DNA of 40,167 bases from Acidobacteriota bacterium (lineage in GTDB: Bacteria > Acidobacteriota > Vicinamibacteria > Vicinamibacterales > SCN-69-37), in contig SCUN01000023.1 in the NCBI GenBank assembly GCA_004297655.1, positions 1 through 40,167 of the forward strand, written 5' to 3'. Shown piece by piece: positions 29,940-39,746 of the stretch. Within the stretch, counting starts at the first letter, position 1. Each line of letters begins with the position of its first letter. The notes under the pieces are model-generated. The model did not search any database, was not told where the DNA came from, and saw nothing but the letters and a program-made list of their open reading frames with translations. The position numbers and the translations under genes are program-made.

Positions 29940-30347
29940 TTGACCATCAAAGCGGCTGGTACTGTCTCGCTGGCGCTCGTCGTCGCGCTCGGCGCGGGCT
30001 GGGTGTGGGGCGCGTCGCGGAGCGCCGCGGTCGATCGCGAACGGCGGCGGGTCGAGGAGCGCGTGCACTTCGAGACGGCGCGCGCGAATGTGCTCGAAGG
30101 CCGGCTAACGCTCGTCGGCAACGATTACGCGGGGGCCGCCAGGTTGTTCGGCCAGGCGACCGCGGACCTCGAAGAACTCCAGCGGCTGCTGCGCGAGGTC
30201 GGTCAGGCCGAACTGGCGGGCCGCATCGAGATCGTGGTCTCGCATCTGGGCGACGCGCGACAAGCCGCCGCCGCCGAAAACGCCAACGCCTGGAGCGCGG
30301 CCGATGCCGCGCTCCAGGCGCTGAAAGGCATTCGTCTTCCTGAGTAG
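29940..30347 (+). CDS. hypothetical membrane-anchored helical protein
   Basis: A TTG start directly abuts the upstream TAA. It has an N-terminal TM (TVSLALVVALGAGWVWG) followed by an Ala/Arg/Glu-rich helical region. Confidence 0.5.
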   Translation: MTIKAAGTVSLALVVALGAGWVWGASRSAAVDRERRRVEERVHFETARANVLEGRLTLVGNDYAGAARLFGQATADLEELQRLLREVGQAELAGRIEIVVSHLGDARQAAAAENANAWSAADAALQALKGIRLPE

Positions 30348-30348
30348 G

Positions 30349-30918
30349 TTACTTGTTGACGGTGGCCTTCGCGGTGATCCGCACGGCCGGCCCCTGATCG
30401 GACATCGACCCCGTCGTCAGCACCTGCGTTTCCTGGCCCGGCTTGAGAAAGAGCGTCGCCGACTGCCGCTGCACGGAGTTCAGGGTGGGCTCGGTGCCAG
30501 CCGGCACATAGGCGACAGTCAACGTCACGCTGACCATGCCGCTCTTGCGCAGCGTCGTCCGCGCGTCGACGTCAAGGCCCAGGGGATCGAGTTTGGTCTC
30601 TCGGTTGGTGCTGTTGTACCAGCCGCTTAACCCGCGTACGGATCCGCTGTTCTGATTCGCCACCGTGATCGTGCCTCTGCGCGTCGAGGTCGTCATCGAT
30701 CCCGCCGGTTTGTCCACGACCGTCAGTTCGATCGTGATGTTTGCGTCGGTGGGGTCGATCCCGGCGTCGATCGGCCTGGCGGCCGGCGGCGCCGCGGTCG
30801 CGCCCTGCGGCGCGGGTGTGGTGCCGCGCTGGGGGGCGGCTGGTGCCGCCTGCTGCGCGAGCGCGGACGCCGACAGGCAGAGAGTGACGAGCGTGAGTGC
30901 GAGTGTTCTACGGGACAT
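30349..30918 (-). CDS. secreted beta-rich hypothetical protein
   Basis: It has the signal peptide MSRRTLALTLVTLCLSASALAQ, an Ala/Pro linker and then alternating beta-strand patterns. A GAAGGAG Shine-Dalgarno is present. The true start is ATG 30918, not 30996. Confidence 0.7.
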   Translation of the reverse strand: MSRRTLALTLVTLCLSASALAQQAAPAAPQRGTTPAPQGATAAPPAARPIDAGIDPTDANITIELTVVDKPAGSMTTSTRRGTITVANQNSGSVRGLSGWYNSTNRETKLDPLGLDVDARTTLRKSGMVSVTLTVAYVPAGTEPTLNSVQRQSATLFLKPGQETQVLTTGSMSDQGPAVRITAKATVNK

Positions 30919-30937
30919 GGGACTCCTTCGAGAATCG

Positions 30938-31471
30938 TTACTGGTTGTCATCGCCGATCGCCGGCACCACCAGCGGCGCCACGCGGATCGGCTCAATGTC
31001 GATGGTCTTGACCGGCGCGCCTTCCGACAGCGGTTTGACCGTCATCAACAGCTCGGGATGTTCGAGCGCCGGAACGCTCAGCCAATCCCGTTCCGCCTCG
31101 GCTAACGCCGCGACGACCGACGGCTCGCTGTCAGAGGCGACCGTTCGTGCCACCGACGTCAGAGGAGACGCGGGAACGTGAACGCCGGTTGGATTGGCGG
31201 ACGAATTGAGAATTGTGGGATTGATGACTGTGGGAGTGGAGATTGCGGGATTGGTAATTGTCGAATTGGCGCGCCAGGAGACCAACGCGATCAACGCGAC
31301 GCTGGCAATCACGCCGCTCGCCACGCCGAAGCGCCATGCGCGAAGGCGGGCCGTCCGTTCTGCGCCAATGCGCGACATCACGTTCGCCCGCAGCGCGTCC
31401 GACGGCTGCGCGCTCGTCATGCGCGAGGCCGTGTCGTCGATCAGCGTGTCGATCCGGTCGCGCGGCGTCAT
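30938..31471 (-). CDS. putative anti-sigma factor (single-pass membrane protein)
   Basis: Its ATG overlaps the ECF sigma stop (ATGA). It has a short cytoplasmic N-terminal part, the TM FGVASGVIASVALIALVSW and a Thr/Asn/Pro-rich repeat linker. Confidence 0.6.
   Translation of the reverse strand: MTPRDRIDTLIDDTASRMTSAQPSDALRANVMSRIGAERTARLRAWRFGVASGVIASVALIALVSWRANSTITNPAISTPTVINPTILNSSANPTGVHVPASPLTSVARTVASDSEPSVVAALAEAERDWLSVPALEHPELLMTVKPLSEGAPVKTIDIEPIRVAPLVVPAIGDDNQ
31191..31268. repeat. imperfect 15-bp tandem repeats inside the anti-sigma gene
   Basis: GGGATTGATGACTGT / GGGAGTGGAGATTGC / GGGATTGGTAATTGT (31217..31261) sit among degenerate flanking copies. On the minus strand they encode STITNPAISTPTVINPTILNSSANPTG. 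Confidence 0.7.
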
Positions 31472-32148
31472 GACTGGGCGTCCAACCTGAGCGTGAGCAG
31501 GCGCCGCGCTTCCGACACGCGCCACTTCACTGTGCCGATCGGAATGCCGAGCAGCGTCGCGATCTCCTCGTATCGATGCTCGCCCGACGCGGCCAGCAGG
31601 AGCGCGTCGCGCAGCTTCGGACTGAGCCGGGTGATTTCGTCCTTCGCCCGGTCCGCCAGGTCCTTCGACACGGCGACGCGCTCGGGCGTCGGCTCGCTCG
31701 TCTCCGCCACGTCGAGCGGCGACGAATGGTCCTCCGCCCACGAGGACGAGGACGAAGACGAGGTGATTTGTCGCGACCACCAGACGCGGCGCGACCGCCG
31801 GCGATCGAGCGCCTTGCGCCAGGTGATCGTCAGCAGCCAGGTCTTGAACGTCGAGTCGCCCCGAAATCCGGAGAGCCGCCGCCACGCCATGACGAACGCT
31901 TCCTGGGCGGCGTCCTCGGCGTCCTCGCGCGAGCCCAGCGCCGCGAGCGCCGTGCGGAACACGATGCGCTCGTGCATGGAGACGAGCGTGCCGAACGCGG
32001 CCTGGTCGCCCGATTGCGCCGACGCAATGAGCGCCCGGACGTCTGCCGGGTCTCCGGCGGTCGCTGGGGCCGGTTCGTCCCGGTCGACACGGTCCATCAG
32101 GATCGGGAGCACGCCCGCAAGTGGGTAAGACACCGGGGAAATAGACAT
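31468..32148 (-). CDS. ECF RNA polymerase sigma factor with a poly-Ser linker
   Basis: Region 2 (AQEAFVMAWRRLSGFRGDSTFKTWLLTITWRKALD) and region 4 (LSPKLRDALLLAASGEHRYEEIATLLGIPIGTVKWRVSEAR) are present. ITSSSSSSSW lies between them. An alternative ATG is at 32097. Confidence 0.9.
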   Translation of the reverse strand: MSISPVSYPLAGVLPILMDRVDRDEPAPATAGDPADVRALIASAQSGDQAAFGTLVSMHERIVFRTALAALGSREDAEDAAQEAFVMAWRRLSGFRGDSTFKTWLLTITWRKALDRRRSRRVWWSRQITSSSSSSSWAEDHSSPLDVAETSEPTPERVAVSKDLADRAKDEITRLSPKLRDALLLAASGEHRYEEIATLLGIPIGTVKWRVSEARRLLTLRLDAQS

Positions 32149-32195
32149 TCCGCCCAGCCCGTTGGTTGGGTGATCGAAAGGATAAACTGAGAGAA

Positions 32196-34460
32196 ATGCT
32201 GCAAGTCGAACAAATACTGAAACTTATCCGCGAGCGGGTCGACCATCCCGCCACGGTCCGGGAGCTCCAGCAGATGCTGCGGGTCCCCAAAGAGGCCCGC
32301 GGGGCCTTCAAACGCCAGCTCACCGAACTCGTCGCCTCGGGCGACTTGATCGAAGTCCGGGGCGAGCGCTACGGCCTCCCCGATCTCATGAACCTCATCG
32401 TCGGCACGATCTCGACGAACCCGCGCGGGTTCGCGTTCGTGGATCCGGACGATGTGGACGGGGAGGACGCCAAGGGCATCTTCATCGCCGGGAACAACCT
32501 CAATCAGGCGATGCATGGCGATCGCGTCGTCGTGCGTGTCGAGCGCGATGGCGCGCGGCCCGAAGGCCGCATCGTCCGCATCCTCGAGCGCGCGTCGCAG
32601 ACCATCGTCGGCCGCTTCGACGTGGATGGCACCGGCGCCGGATTCGTCGTGCCGTTCGATCGGCGCGTGATGATGGACGTGCAGGTCGACCGCGCTGAAA
32701 CGCTCGGCGCGAAGAAAGACGAGATGGTCACGGTCGAGATCACGCGCTGGCCGACCGCCGCGCGTCCCGCCGCGGGCAAGATCACGGAAGTGCTGGGGCC
32801 GCTCGACGCGCCGGGCGTCGATACTGCCGTGATCATCAAGAAGCACAACCTGCCGGATGAGCACGGCGCCGAGGCCGTGGAAGAAGCGAAGCGGATCGGC
32901 AGCCAGGTCCGCGAGCACGATCTGGCCGGCCGCACGGATTTCCGACCGATCACGACGGTCACCATCGACGGCGAGACCGCGCGCGATTTCGACGATGCGA
33001 TCACGATCCGGAAGCTCCCGAACGGCAACTTCTGGCTCGGCGTGCATATCGCGGACGTGTCGCACTACGTGCGGCCCGGCAGCAAGCTCGACGAGGAAGC
33101 CTACGAGCGGAGCACGTCGGTCTATTTCCCCGAGCGCGCCGTGCACATGTTCCCGTCGGAACTCTCGACCGGCATGTGTTCGCTCAATCCAAAAGTGGAC
33201 CGCCTGGTGCAGTCGTGCCTGATGGAGGTCGACAAGAAGAACGGCCACGTCCTGCGCTACGAAATGCACGACGGCGTCATCAACAGCAACGAGCGGATGA
33301 CCTACAACCAGGTCAACGCGATCCTCACCGACAAGGACCCGGCGATGATCGCGCGCTACGAGCCGCTCGTGCCGATGTTCGAGGCGATGCGCGAGCTGTT
33401 CGAAGTGCTCAACGCGCGCCGGCGGCGGCGCGGGTCGATCGATTTCGACCTCAAGGAGTCGCAGATCGTTCTCGACGATCAGGGCATGGTCGAGGCCATC
33501 GTCGCCTCCGAGCGGAACATCGCGCACCGGCTCATCGAGGAGTTCATGCTGCTCGCCAATGAAACGGTGGCGCGGCACCTGCAAACCAACTTCATGCCGA
33601 CCCTGTATCGCGTCCACGAAGAGCCGGATCCGATGAAGGTGGAGCAGTTCGAGGAGTTCATTGGCTCCCTCGGGTACTCGCTCTCGGCGCACGGCGAAGA
33701 CGTGCTGCCCCGGGACTTCCAGCGGCTCGTCAGCCAGATCGCCGGCAAGCCGGAAGAGCGGCCCATCGCGTTCCTCATGCTGCGCACCATGCAGCGCGCG
33801 CGCTACGACCAGAACAACCTCGGGCACTTCGGCCTCGCGGCCGAGTTCTACACGCATTTCACGTCGCCGATCCGCCGGTATCCGGATCTCGTGGTGCACC
33901 GGTCGCTGCGCGAAATGCGCAAGGGCGTCTCGGCCGAGCGCAAGGCCGAACTGGCCGAGGATCTGCCGGACATGGCCAAGCACACGTCAGAGCGCGAGCG
34001 GCGCGCCGCCGACGCCGAGCGCGAGCTCGTGCAGTGGAAGAAGGTCCGGTTCATGGCCGACAAGGTCGGCGACGAATTCGAGGGCTACGTCACCGGCGTG
34101 AGCGCTTTCGGCCTCTTCATCGAGCTGATCGAGCACTTCGTCGAGGGCATGGTGCACGTCTCGACGATGGCCGACGACTACTACCGGTTCATCGAGAAGT
34201 CGCACCTGCTCAAGGGCGAGAAGAACGGCCGGGTCTACCGGCTGGGCGACAAGGTCCGTGTGCAGGTCATCCGCGTGGACATGGAGCGCCGGCAGATCGA
34301 CCTCGGGCTGGCCGAGATTCTGGACGCCGTGCGCCTCTCGGAAAGAAACCGCGGGCCGCGTACCTCACGAGTGAAGATGAAAAAAGAAGGGCGCCGCAGA
34401 AAGCAGCGCCCGGGACAGCGTGAGCGGGCCTTTGGCAAGGCCGCGAAGCGACGGCGCTAG
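32196..34460 (+). CDS. rnr: ribonuclease R (RNase II/VacB family 3'-5' exoribonuclease)
   Basis: It has an N-terminal winged-helix and cold-shock-like domains, the RNB core (RDFDDAI, HIADVSHYV, SVYFPERAVHMFP), a C-terminal S1 domain and a Lys/Arg tail. The track start is TTG 32166; ATG 32196 is preferred. Confidence 0.95.
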   Translation: MLQVEQILKLIRERVDHPATVRELQQMLRVPKEARGAFKRQLTELVASGDLIEVRGERYGLPDLMNLIVGTISTNPRGFAFVDPDDVDGEDAKGIFIAGNNLNQAMHGDRVVVRVERDGARPEGRIVRILERASQTIVGRFDVDGTGAGFVVPFDRRVMMDVQVDRAETLGAKKDEMVTVEITRWPTAARPAAGKITEVLGPLDAPGVDTAVIIKKHNLPDEHGAEAVEEAKRIGSQVREHDLAGRTDFRPITTVTIDGETARDFDDAITIRKLPNGNFWLGVHIADVSHYVRPGSKLDEEAYERSTSVYFPERAVHMFPSELSTGMCSLNPKVDRLVQSCLMEVDKKNGHVLRYEMHDGVINSNERMTYNQVNAILTDKDPAMIARYEPLVPMFEAMRELFEVLNARRRRRGSIDFDLKESQIVLDDQGMVEAIVASERNIAHRLIEEFMLLANETVARHLQTNFMPTLYRVHEEPDPMKVEQFEEFIGSLGYSLSAHGEDVLPRDFQRLVSQIAGKPEERPIAFLMLRTMQRARYDQNNLGHFGLAAEFYTHFTSPIRRYPDLVVHRSLREMRKGVSAERKAELAEDLPDMAKHTSERERRAADAERELVQWKKVRFMADKVGDEFEGYVTGVSAFGLFIELIEHFVEGMVHVSTMADDYYRFIEKSHLLKGEKNGRVYRLGDKVRVQVIRVDMERRQIDLGLAEILDAVRLSERNRGPRTSRVKMKKEGRRRKQRPGQRERAFGKAAKRRR

Positions 34461-34466
34461 GCGCCG

Positions 34467-34634
34467 CTACTTCTTGTCTTTGTCGTCGTTCGACCCGTCG
34501 TCGCGGCTGGCTTCCTTGAAGTTCTTGATGCTCTTGCCCAGGCCCGTGGCGAGCTGCGGCAGCCGGTTCGCGCCGAAGATGAAGACGATGATGATCAGGA
34601 TGATGATGAGTTCGGGAACGCCGAGACCAAACAT
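34467..34634 (-). CDS. tatA: twin-arginine translocase subunit TatA/TatE
   Basis: This gene is not in the ORF track. My hand translation is [55 protein letters not shown]. An in-frame upstream ATG at 34643 would add MPA. Confidence 0.9.
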   Translation of the reverse strand: MFGLGVPELIIILIIIVFIFGANRLPQLATGLGKSIKNFKEASRDDGSNDDKDKK

Positions 34635-34737
34635 GGCAGGCATTGTACACCCGGCCTAACGGTCGGACATTACGTCCTATTAATGAGCAGGGACGGCGGG
34701 CACCGTCCTTGCAGTTATACTGACCGGAGACCCACCA

Positions 34738-35589
34738 ATGGCGACACCCGAAGTGCCGAACCTCCAGCCGGCCGTCGAGAGCGGCCCGGGCGTGGTGTCG
34801 AACGGGTGGCTCGGGACGAGGTCCATTTTCGACCCGCCAGATCCGGCCTCGGTCCGCCGGACGCGAAACGCCCAGATCACGTCGTTCACGATCCATGCGC
34901 TGGCCCTGGCGGCCCTGATCTTCGGCGTCATCAAACGCCAGGAAATCATGCAGGTCGTTGACGACACGAAGCTCAAGTTTGACGTCGTCTATCTCGAATC
35001 GCGCGGCCCCGGTGGCGGTGGCGGCGGCAGCCCGCAGCCGGCGCCGCCCAAGAAGGTCGAGCTGCCGAAGCCCACGAAGACGGAGCCCATTCCGACGCCG
35101 GTGCCGACCCCGACGATTCCTCCGCCCCCGTCGATCAACGCGCCGATCATGACGATGCCGACGGCGATGCTGCAGGCATCGGGTGTGACGGGCCAGATTG
35201 ACGTGCCGATTGGCGGCGGCGGCAGCGGCGGCGGGATTGGATCGGGCCGCGGCAACGGCATCGGACCGGGTGAGGGCGGCGGATTTGGCGGCGGCGCGTA
35301 TCGTCCCGGCAACGGCGTCGAGAACCCCACGCGCCTCCGCGAAGTGCGCCCGGCCTACACGCCGGAAGCCATGCGCGCCAAGATCCAGGGCACGGTTGAA
35401 CTCGAGGCGCTCATCGCGGCCGACGGCAAAGTCGCGGAGGTTCGCGTGACGCGTTCGCTCGACCGGGTCTTCGGCCTCGACGAGCAGGCCCGCAAAGCCG
35501 CGCTCGCCACGCCGTTCCTCCCGTGCAAGCGGGAAGGAAAGCCCGTCCCCTGCCTCGTGACGTTCGAACTCACGTTCACGCTGCGCTAA
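34738..35589 (+). CDS. tonB: energy transducer TonB
   Basis: It has an N-terminal TM (ITSFTIHALALAALIFGVI), a Pro-rich spacer (PKPTKTEPIPTPVPTPTIPPPP), a Gly-rich tract and a TonB C-terminal domain (PAYTPEAMRAKIQGTVELEALI...). Confidence 0.9.
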   Translation: MATPEVPNLQPAVESGPGVVSNGWLGTRSIFDPPDPASVRRTRNAQITSFTIHALALAALIFGVIKRQEIMQVVDDTKLKFDVVYLESRGPGGGGGGSPQPAPPKKVELPKPTKTEPIPTPVPTPTIPPPPSINAPIMTMPTAMLQASGVTGQIDVPIGGGGSGGGIGSGRGNGIGPGEGGGFGGGAYRPGNGVENPTRLREVRPAYTPEAMRAKIQGTVELEALIAADGKVAEVRVTRSLDRVFGLDEQARKAALATPFLPCKREGKPVPCLVTFELTFTLR

Positions 35590-35624
35590 AAAAAAGAGGC
35601 CGCCGAGGTTGCCCTCGACGGCCT
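35588..35624 (-). terminator. intrinsic terminator of groEL (may also act for tonB)
   Basis: The stem AGGCCGCCGAGG / CCTCGACGGCCT (35597..35608 and 35613..35624) has 1 mismatch and a 4-nt loop. An A8 run at 35588..35595 gives a U-run on the minus strand. Confidence 0.75.
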
Positions 35625-35661
35625 TGTGACGTGTGACTTCGAAGTTCGAAGTTGTCGGGCG

Positions 35662-37293
<1,632 letters not shown>

Positions 37294-37309
37294 TTATCTC
37301 TTCGCTCCC

Positions 37310-37618
37310 TTACTTCTTTTTGGCTTTGTAGTCTTCGATGACGCCGAGAACCTCTTCCTCACGGATGATGAGGTAGTCGTTGCCGTCGACCTTGATTTCC
37401 TGCCCGGCGTACTTGCCGAAGAGGACGATGTCGCCCGCCTTGACGTCGAGCGGCGTGACCTTGCCGTCCTTTTCGACGCGGCCCTTGCCGACGGCGATGA
37501 CTTTGCCCTGCATGGGCTTTTCCTTGGCGGTGTCCGGGATGATGATCCCGCCGATCTTCTGTTCGCCTTCGTCGATCCGTTCGATGATGATGCGATCGTG
37601 TAGTGGTCTGACCTTCAT
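37310..37618 (-). CDS. groS: co-chaperonin GroES
   Basis: It starts [38 protein letters not shown] 37618 has a GAGGGGA Shine-Dalgarno; the track start 37630 is 4 codons too long. Confidence 0.97.
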   Translation of the reverse strand: MKVRPLHDRIIIERIDEGEQKIGGIIIPDTAKEKPMQGKVIAVGKGRVEKDGKVTPLDVKAGDIVLFGKYAGQEIKVDGNDYLIIREEEVLGVIEDYKAKKK

Positions 37619-37663
37619 GATTCCCCTCAAGGTGATATGTCTGGCAGTCGGCTGCTCTGAGCG

Positions 37664-37690
37664 TTAGCACTCAGTGCGCCCGACTGCTAA
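37664..37690. promoter_or_regulatory. CIRCE operator (HrcA binding site) upstream of groES
   Basis: TTAGCACTC-N9-GACTGCTAA differs from the consensus TTAGCACTC-N9-GAGTGCTAA at one position. It lies 46-72 nt upstream of the groES ATG. Confidence 0.85.
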
Positions 37691-37710
37691 CGATATCAAA
37701 AGCCCGATCC

Positions 37711-37800
37711 ATGGGCAATGTGGGAATCGGGGAATCGGGCAATGTCCGATGGGGCAATCGCCAATCGGGCCATGGAACGGCAATGGCCGATGGCCAGGGT
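37711..37800. repeat. degenerate 7-9 nt tandem repeats (GGSAATSG-like)
   Basis: The units read GGGCAATG TGGGAATCG GGGAATCG GGCAATG TCCGATG GGGCAATCG CCAATCG GGCCATG ..GGCAATG GCCGATG. They lie in the intergenic region between the 147-aa gene stop and CIRCE. Confidence 0.7.
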
Positions 37801-37846
37801 CGGGCTGGCTGGGGAATCCCCGGATCGTGCAGGGCGGCGAAGCCTG

Positions 37847-38290
37847 CTAGCGCTTGGCCAGGAAGTCGTTCTTGAAGTGCTTCGCGAATGCTTCCGCCGC
37901 GGACTGGAAGTTGCCCTTCTTTACGTTGTAGGCATAGAGGACGGCACTCGAGGAGACGTCGATGACCTGAATCGTCCCTTCGAATTGTGTGAAGTTCGTG
38001 CCGCCCCAGAGCAGCAGTTTCGCGACCTTGGTGCCCGTGGTGTCTTCCTTTTGAGAAGAGACGCTCTGGATGATCCACTGGGCTTTCGATTTGTCTGTCA
38101 CAACCACGACCGGAACTTCCTTCTTGACCAGCGCGGCTGACAGCGCCGAGCCGAAGTCGACGTGCTTCGCCTTGTCTTTCGAATTCGAGGCGTCCACCGT
38201 CTGGGCCGACTCAACGAAGACCAGCGGTTTTTCAGCGGCAACCACGGGAAATGAAACGCAGACAACCAGCGCGAGTAGGGCGCGACGCAT
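37847..38290 (-). CDS. small secreted hypothetical protein (lower GC)
   Basis: It has the signal peptide MRRALLALVVCVSFPVVAA and a GGAGG Shine-Dalgarno. The 147-aa protein is Lys/Ser/Val-rich. The true start is ATG 38290, not 38485. Confidence 0.7.
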   Translation of the reverse strand: MRRALLALVVCVSFPVVAAEKPLVFVESAQTVDASNSKDKAKHVDFGSALSAALVKKEVPVVVVTDKSKAQWIIQSVSSQKEDTTGTKVAKLLLWGGTNFTQFEGTIQVIDVSSSAVLYAYNVKKGNFQSAAEAFAKHFKNDFLAKR

Positions 38291-38315
38291 TGGGACCTCC
38301 AGTTGGCTAACCCAG

Positions 38316-38329
38316 AGCGTCGCGACGCT
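38316..38329. promoter_or_regulatory. perfect 14-bp palindrome upstream of the 147-aa gene (candidate operator)
   Basis: AGCGTCGCGACGCT is its own reverse complement and lies 26-39 nt upstream of ATG 38290. Confidence 0.3.
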
Positions 38330-38581
38330 ATCACAAAACTGGGAACTCCCACGCGCCCGGCTCGTCGTCGCGCAGCGCCGACTTTGAGCGGCCCGATCGG
38401 CGGCAGCAGGAAATCGCGACGGAAGGAGCGCGGCGGTGCGAGCGTGGTTCCGTAGGCGTGCGAAGGCGGGCCGAGTAGGAACCACGCGACAGGCGCACTT
38501 CGACTCGCAACGCGCGCGGATGGAGGAAGCGATTTCGAGGGCCGCGAAGAGGAGGCGCAGCGCGACGACGAGGCGGGCGCG

Positions 38582-38794
38582 TTACGCGCTCTTCTTGATC
38601 TTGTAGCTCGCCATCTTGCGCGAGAGGGTATTGCGGTGCAGGCCCGTGATCTTGGCCGCCTTGCAGACGTTGAAGTTGCTCTTGGCCAGGGCGCGGCTGA
38701 TGAACTGGCGCTCGAATTCCTTCTGCGCGTCGTCGAACGTCAGGCCGCGCTCGATCATCGCCTGGATGAGTTTGTCGAGTTCGTCGCGCAGCAT
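38582..38794 (-). CDS. stand-alone Fis-type (HTH_8) DNA-binding protein
   Basis: The 70-aa protein has the C-terminal helix-turn-helix NVCKAAKITGLHRNTLSRKM, like Fis/NtrC C-termini. Its ATG lies 2 nt after the purC stop. Confidence 0.75.
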   Translation of the reverse strand: MLRDELDKLIQAMIERGLTFDDAQKEFERQFISRALAKSNFNVCKAAKITGLHRNTLSRKMASYKIKKSA

Positions 38795-38796
38795 GG

Positions 38797-39699
38797 CTAG
38801 AGCGCCAACTCGCGGCCGGAGAGCACCCGGAACGCTTCGATGTACTTGTCACGCGTCCGCGAGATCACCTCGGCGGGGAGCGACGGGACCGGCGGCTGCT
38901 TGTTCCACTTGATCTCTTCGAGATAGTCGCGCACGAACTGCTTGTCGTAGCTCGGCTGCGCGCGGCCTGGCGCGTACTTGTCCTTCGGCCAGAAGCGCGA
39001 CGAGTCGGGCGTCAGGACTTCGTCGATCAGGACAACTTCACCCTTGTCGATGCCGAACTCGAACTTGGTGTCGGCGATGATGATGCCCTTCGTTTCCGCG
39101 TGGGCGACGCCCATGGCGTAGATCGCCAGGGTCAGGTCGCGGAGCTTTGCGGCCAGGTCCTTGCCGAGGACTTCGGCGGCCTGTTCTTCGCTGATGTTCT
39201 CGTCGTGCCCCGACTCGGCCTTGGTCGCCGGCGTGAAGATCGGCTTCGGCAGGCGCGAGGAATCGACGAGGCCGGCCGGCAGCGCATGGCCGCACACCGC
39301 GCCCGTCTTGTTGTAGTCCTTGAGGCCCGAGCCGGAAAGGAATCCGCGCGCCACGCATTCGACCGGGAGCGGCTCGGTCTTCCTCACGAGCATCGACCGG
39401 CCGCGGAGCACGTCGCGATGCGGCTGGCACTCTTTCGGAAAGTCCTTCACGTCGATCGACACGAGGTGGTGCGCCGTCATGCCTTTGGCCGCGATCATTT
39501 CGAACCAGAACGCGGACATCTGGGTGAGGACCTTGCCCTTGTCCGGGATGCCCGAGCCGAGCACGTAGTCGAACGCCGAGATGCGGTCGGTGGCGACGAT
39601 GAGCAGGTGTTGGCCGAGGTCGTAGACGTCGCGCACCTTGCCGCGACGCTGCAAGGTCAGTCCGCTGAGGTTGGTTTCAAGAACGACCGAAGACGCCAT
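38797..39699 (-). CDS. purC: phosphoribosylaminoimidazole-succinocarboxamide (SAICAR) synthase
   Basis: It contains [27 protein letters not shown] and [14 protein letters not shown] motifs. Confidence 0.95.
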   Translation of the reverse strand: MASSVVLETNLSGLTLQRRGKVRDVYDLGQHLLIVATDRISAFDYVLGSGIPDKGKVLTQMSAFWFEMIAAKGMTAHHLVSIDVKDFPKECQPHRDVLRGRSMLVRKTEPLPVECVARGFLSGSGLKDYNKTGAVCGHALPAGLVDSSRLPKPIFTPATKAESGHDENISEEQAAEVLGKDLAAKLRDLTLAIYAMGVAHAETKGIIIADTKFEFGIDKGEVVLIDEVLTPDSSRFWPKDKYAPGRAQPSYDKQFVRDYLEEIKWNKQPPVPSLPAEVISRTRDKYIEAFRVLSGRELAL

Positions 39700-39746
39700 C
39701 GAAAGAAATCGAAGCGTATGTGCTGATTCCCGGTCGCGTCAACTAA

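Noticed and set aside
37633-37648. A sigma-54-like TGGCAG-N5-TGCT element lies near groES.
   Set aside because: The GG-to-GC spacing is one nucleotide short of the -24/-12 consensus. The element also points on the plus strand, away from groES and towards no gene start.
38436-38606. A GTG-initiated 56-codon plus-strand ORF has a GGAAGGAG Shine-Dalgarno 7 nt upstream.
   Set aside because: The product is extremely Arg-rich low complexity (VRAWFRRRAKAGR...RRRSATTRRAR) and runs antisense into the Fis-like gene. It is most likely a chance ORF in purine-rich GC DNA. It is worth revisiting only if Ribo-seq shows initiation.
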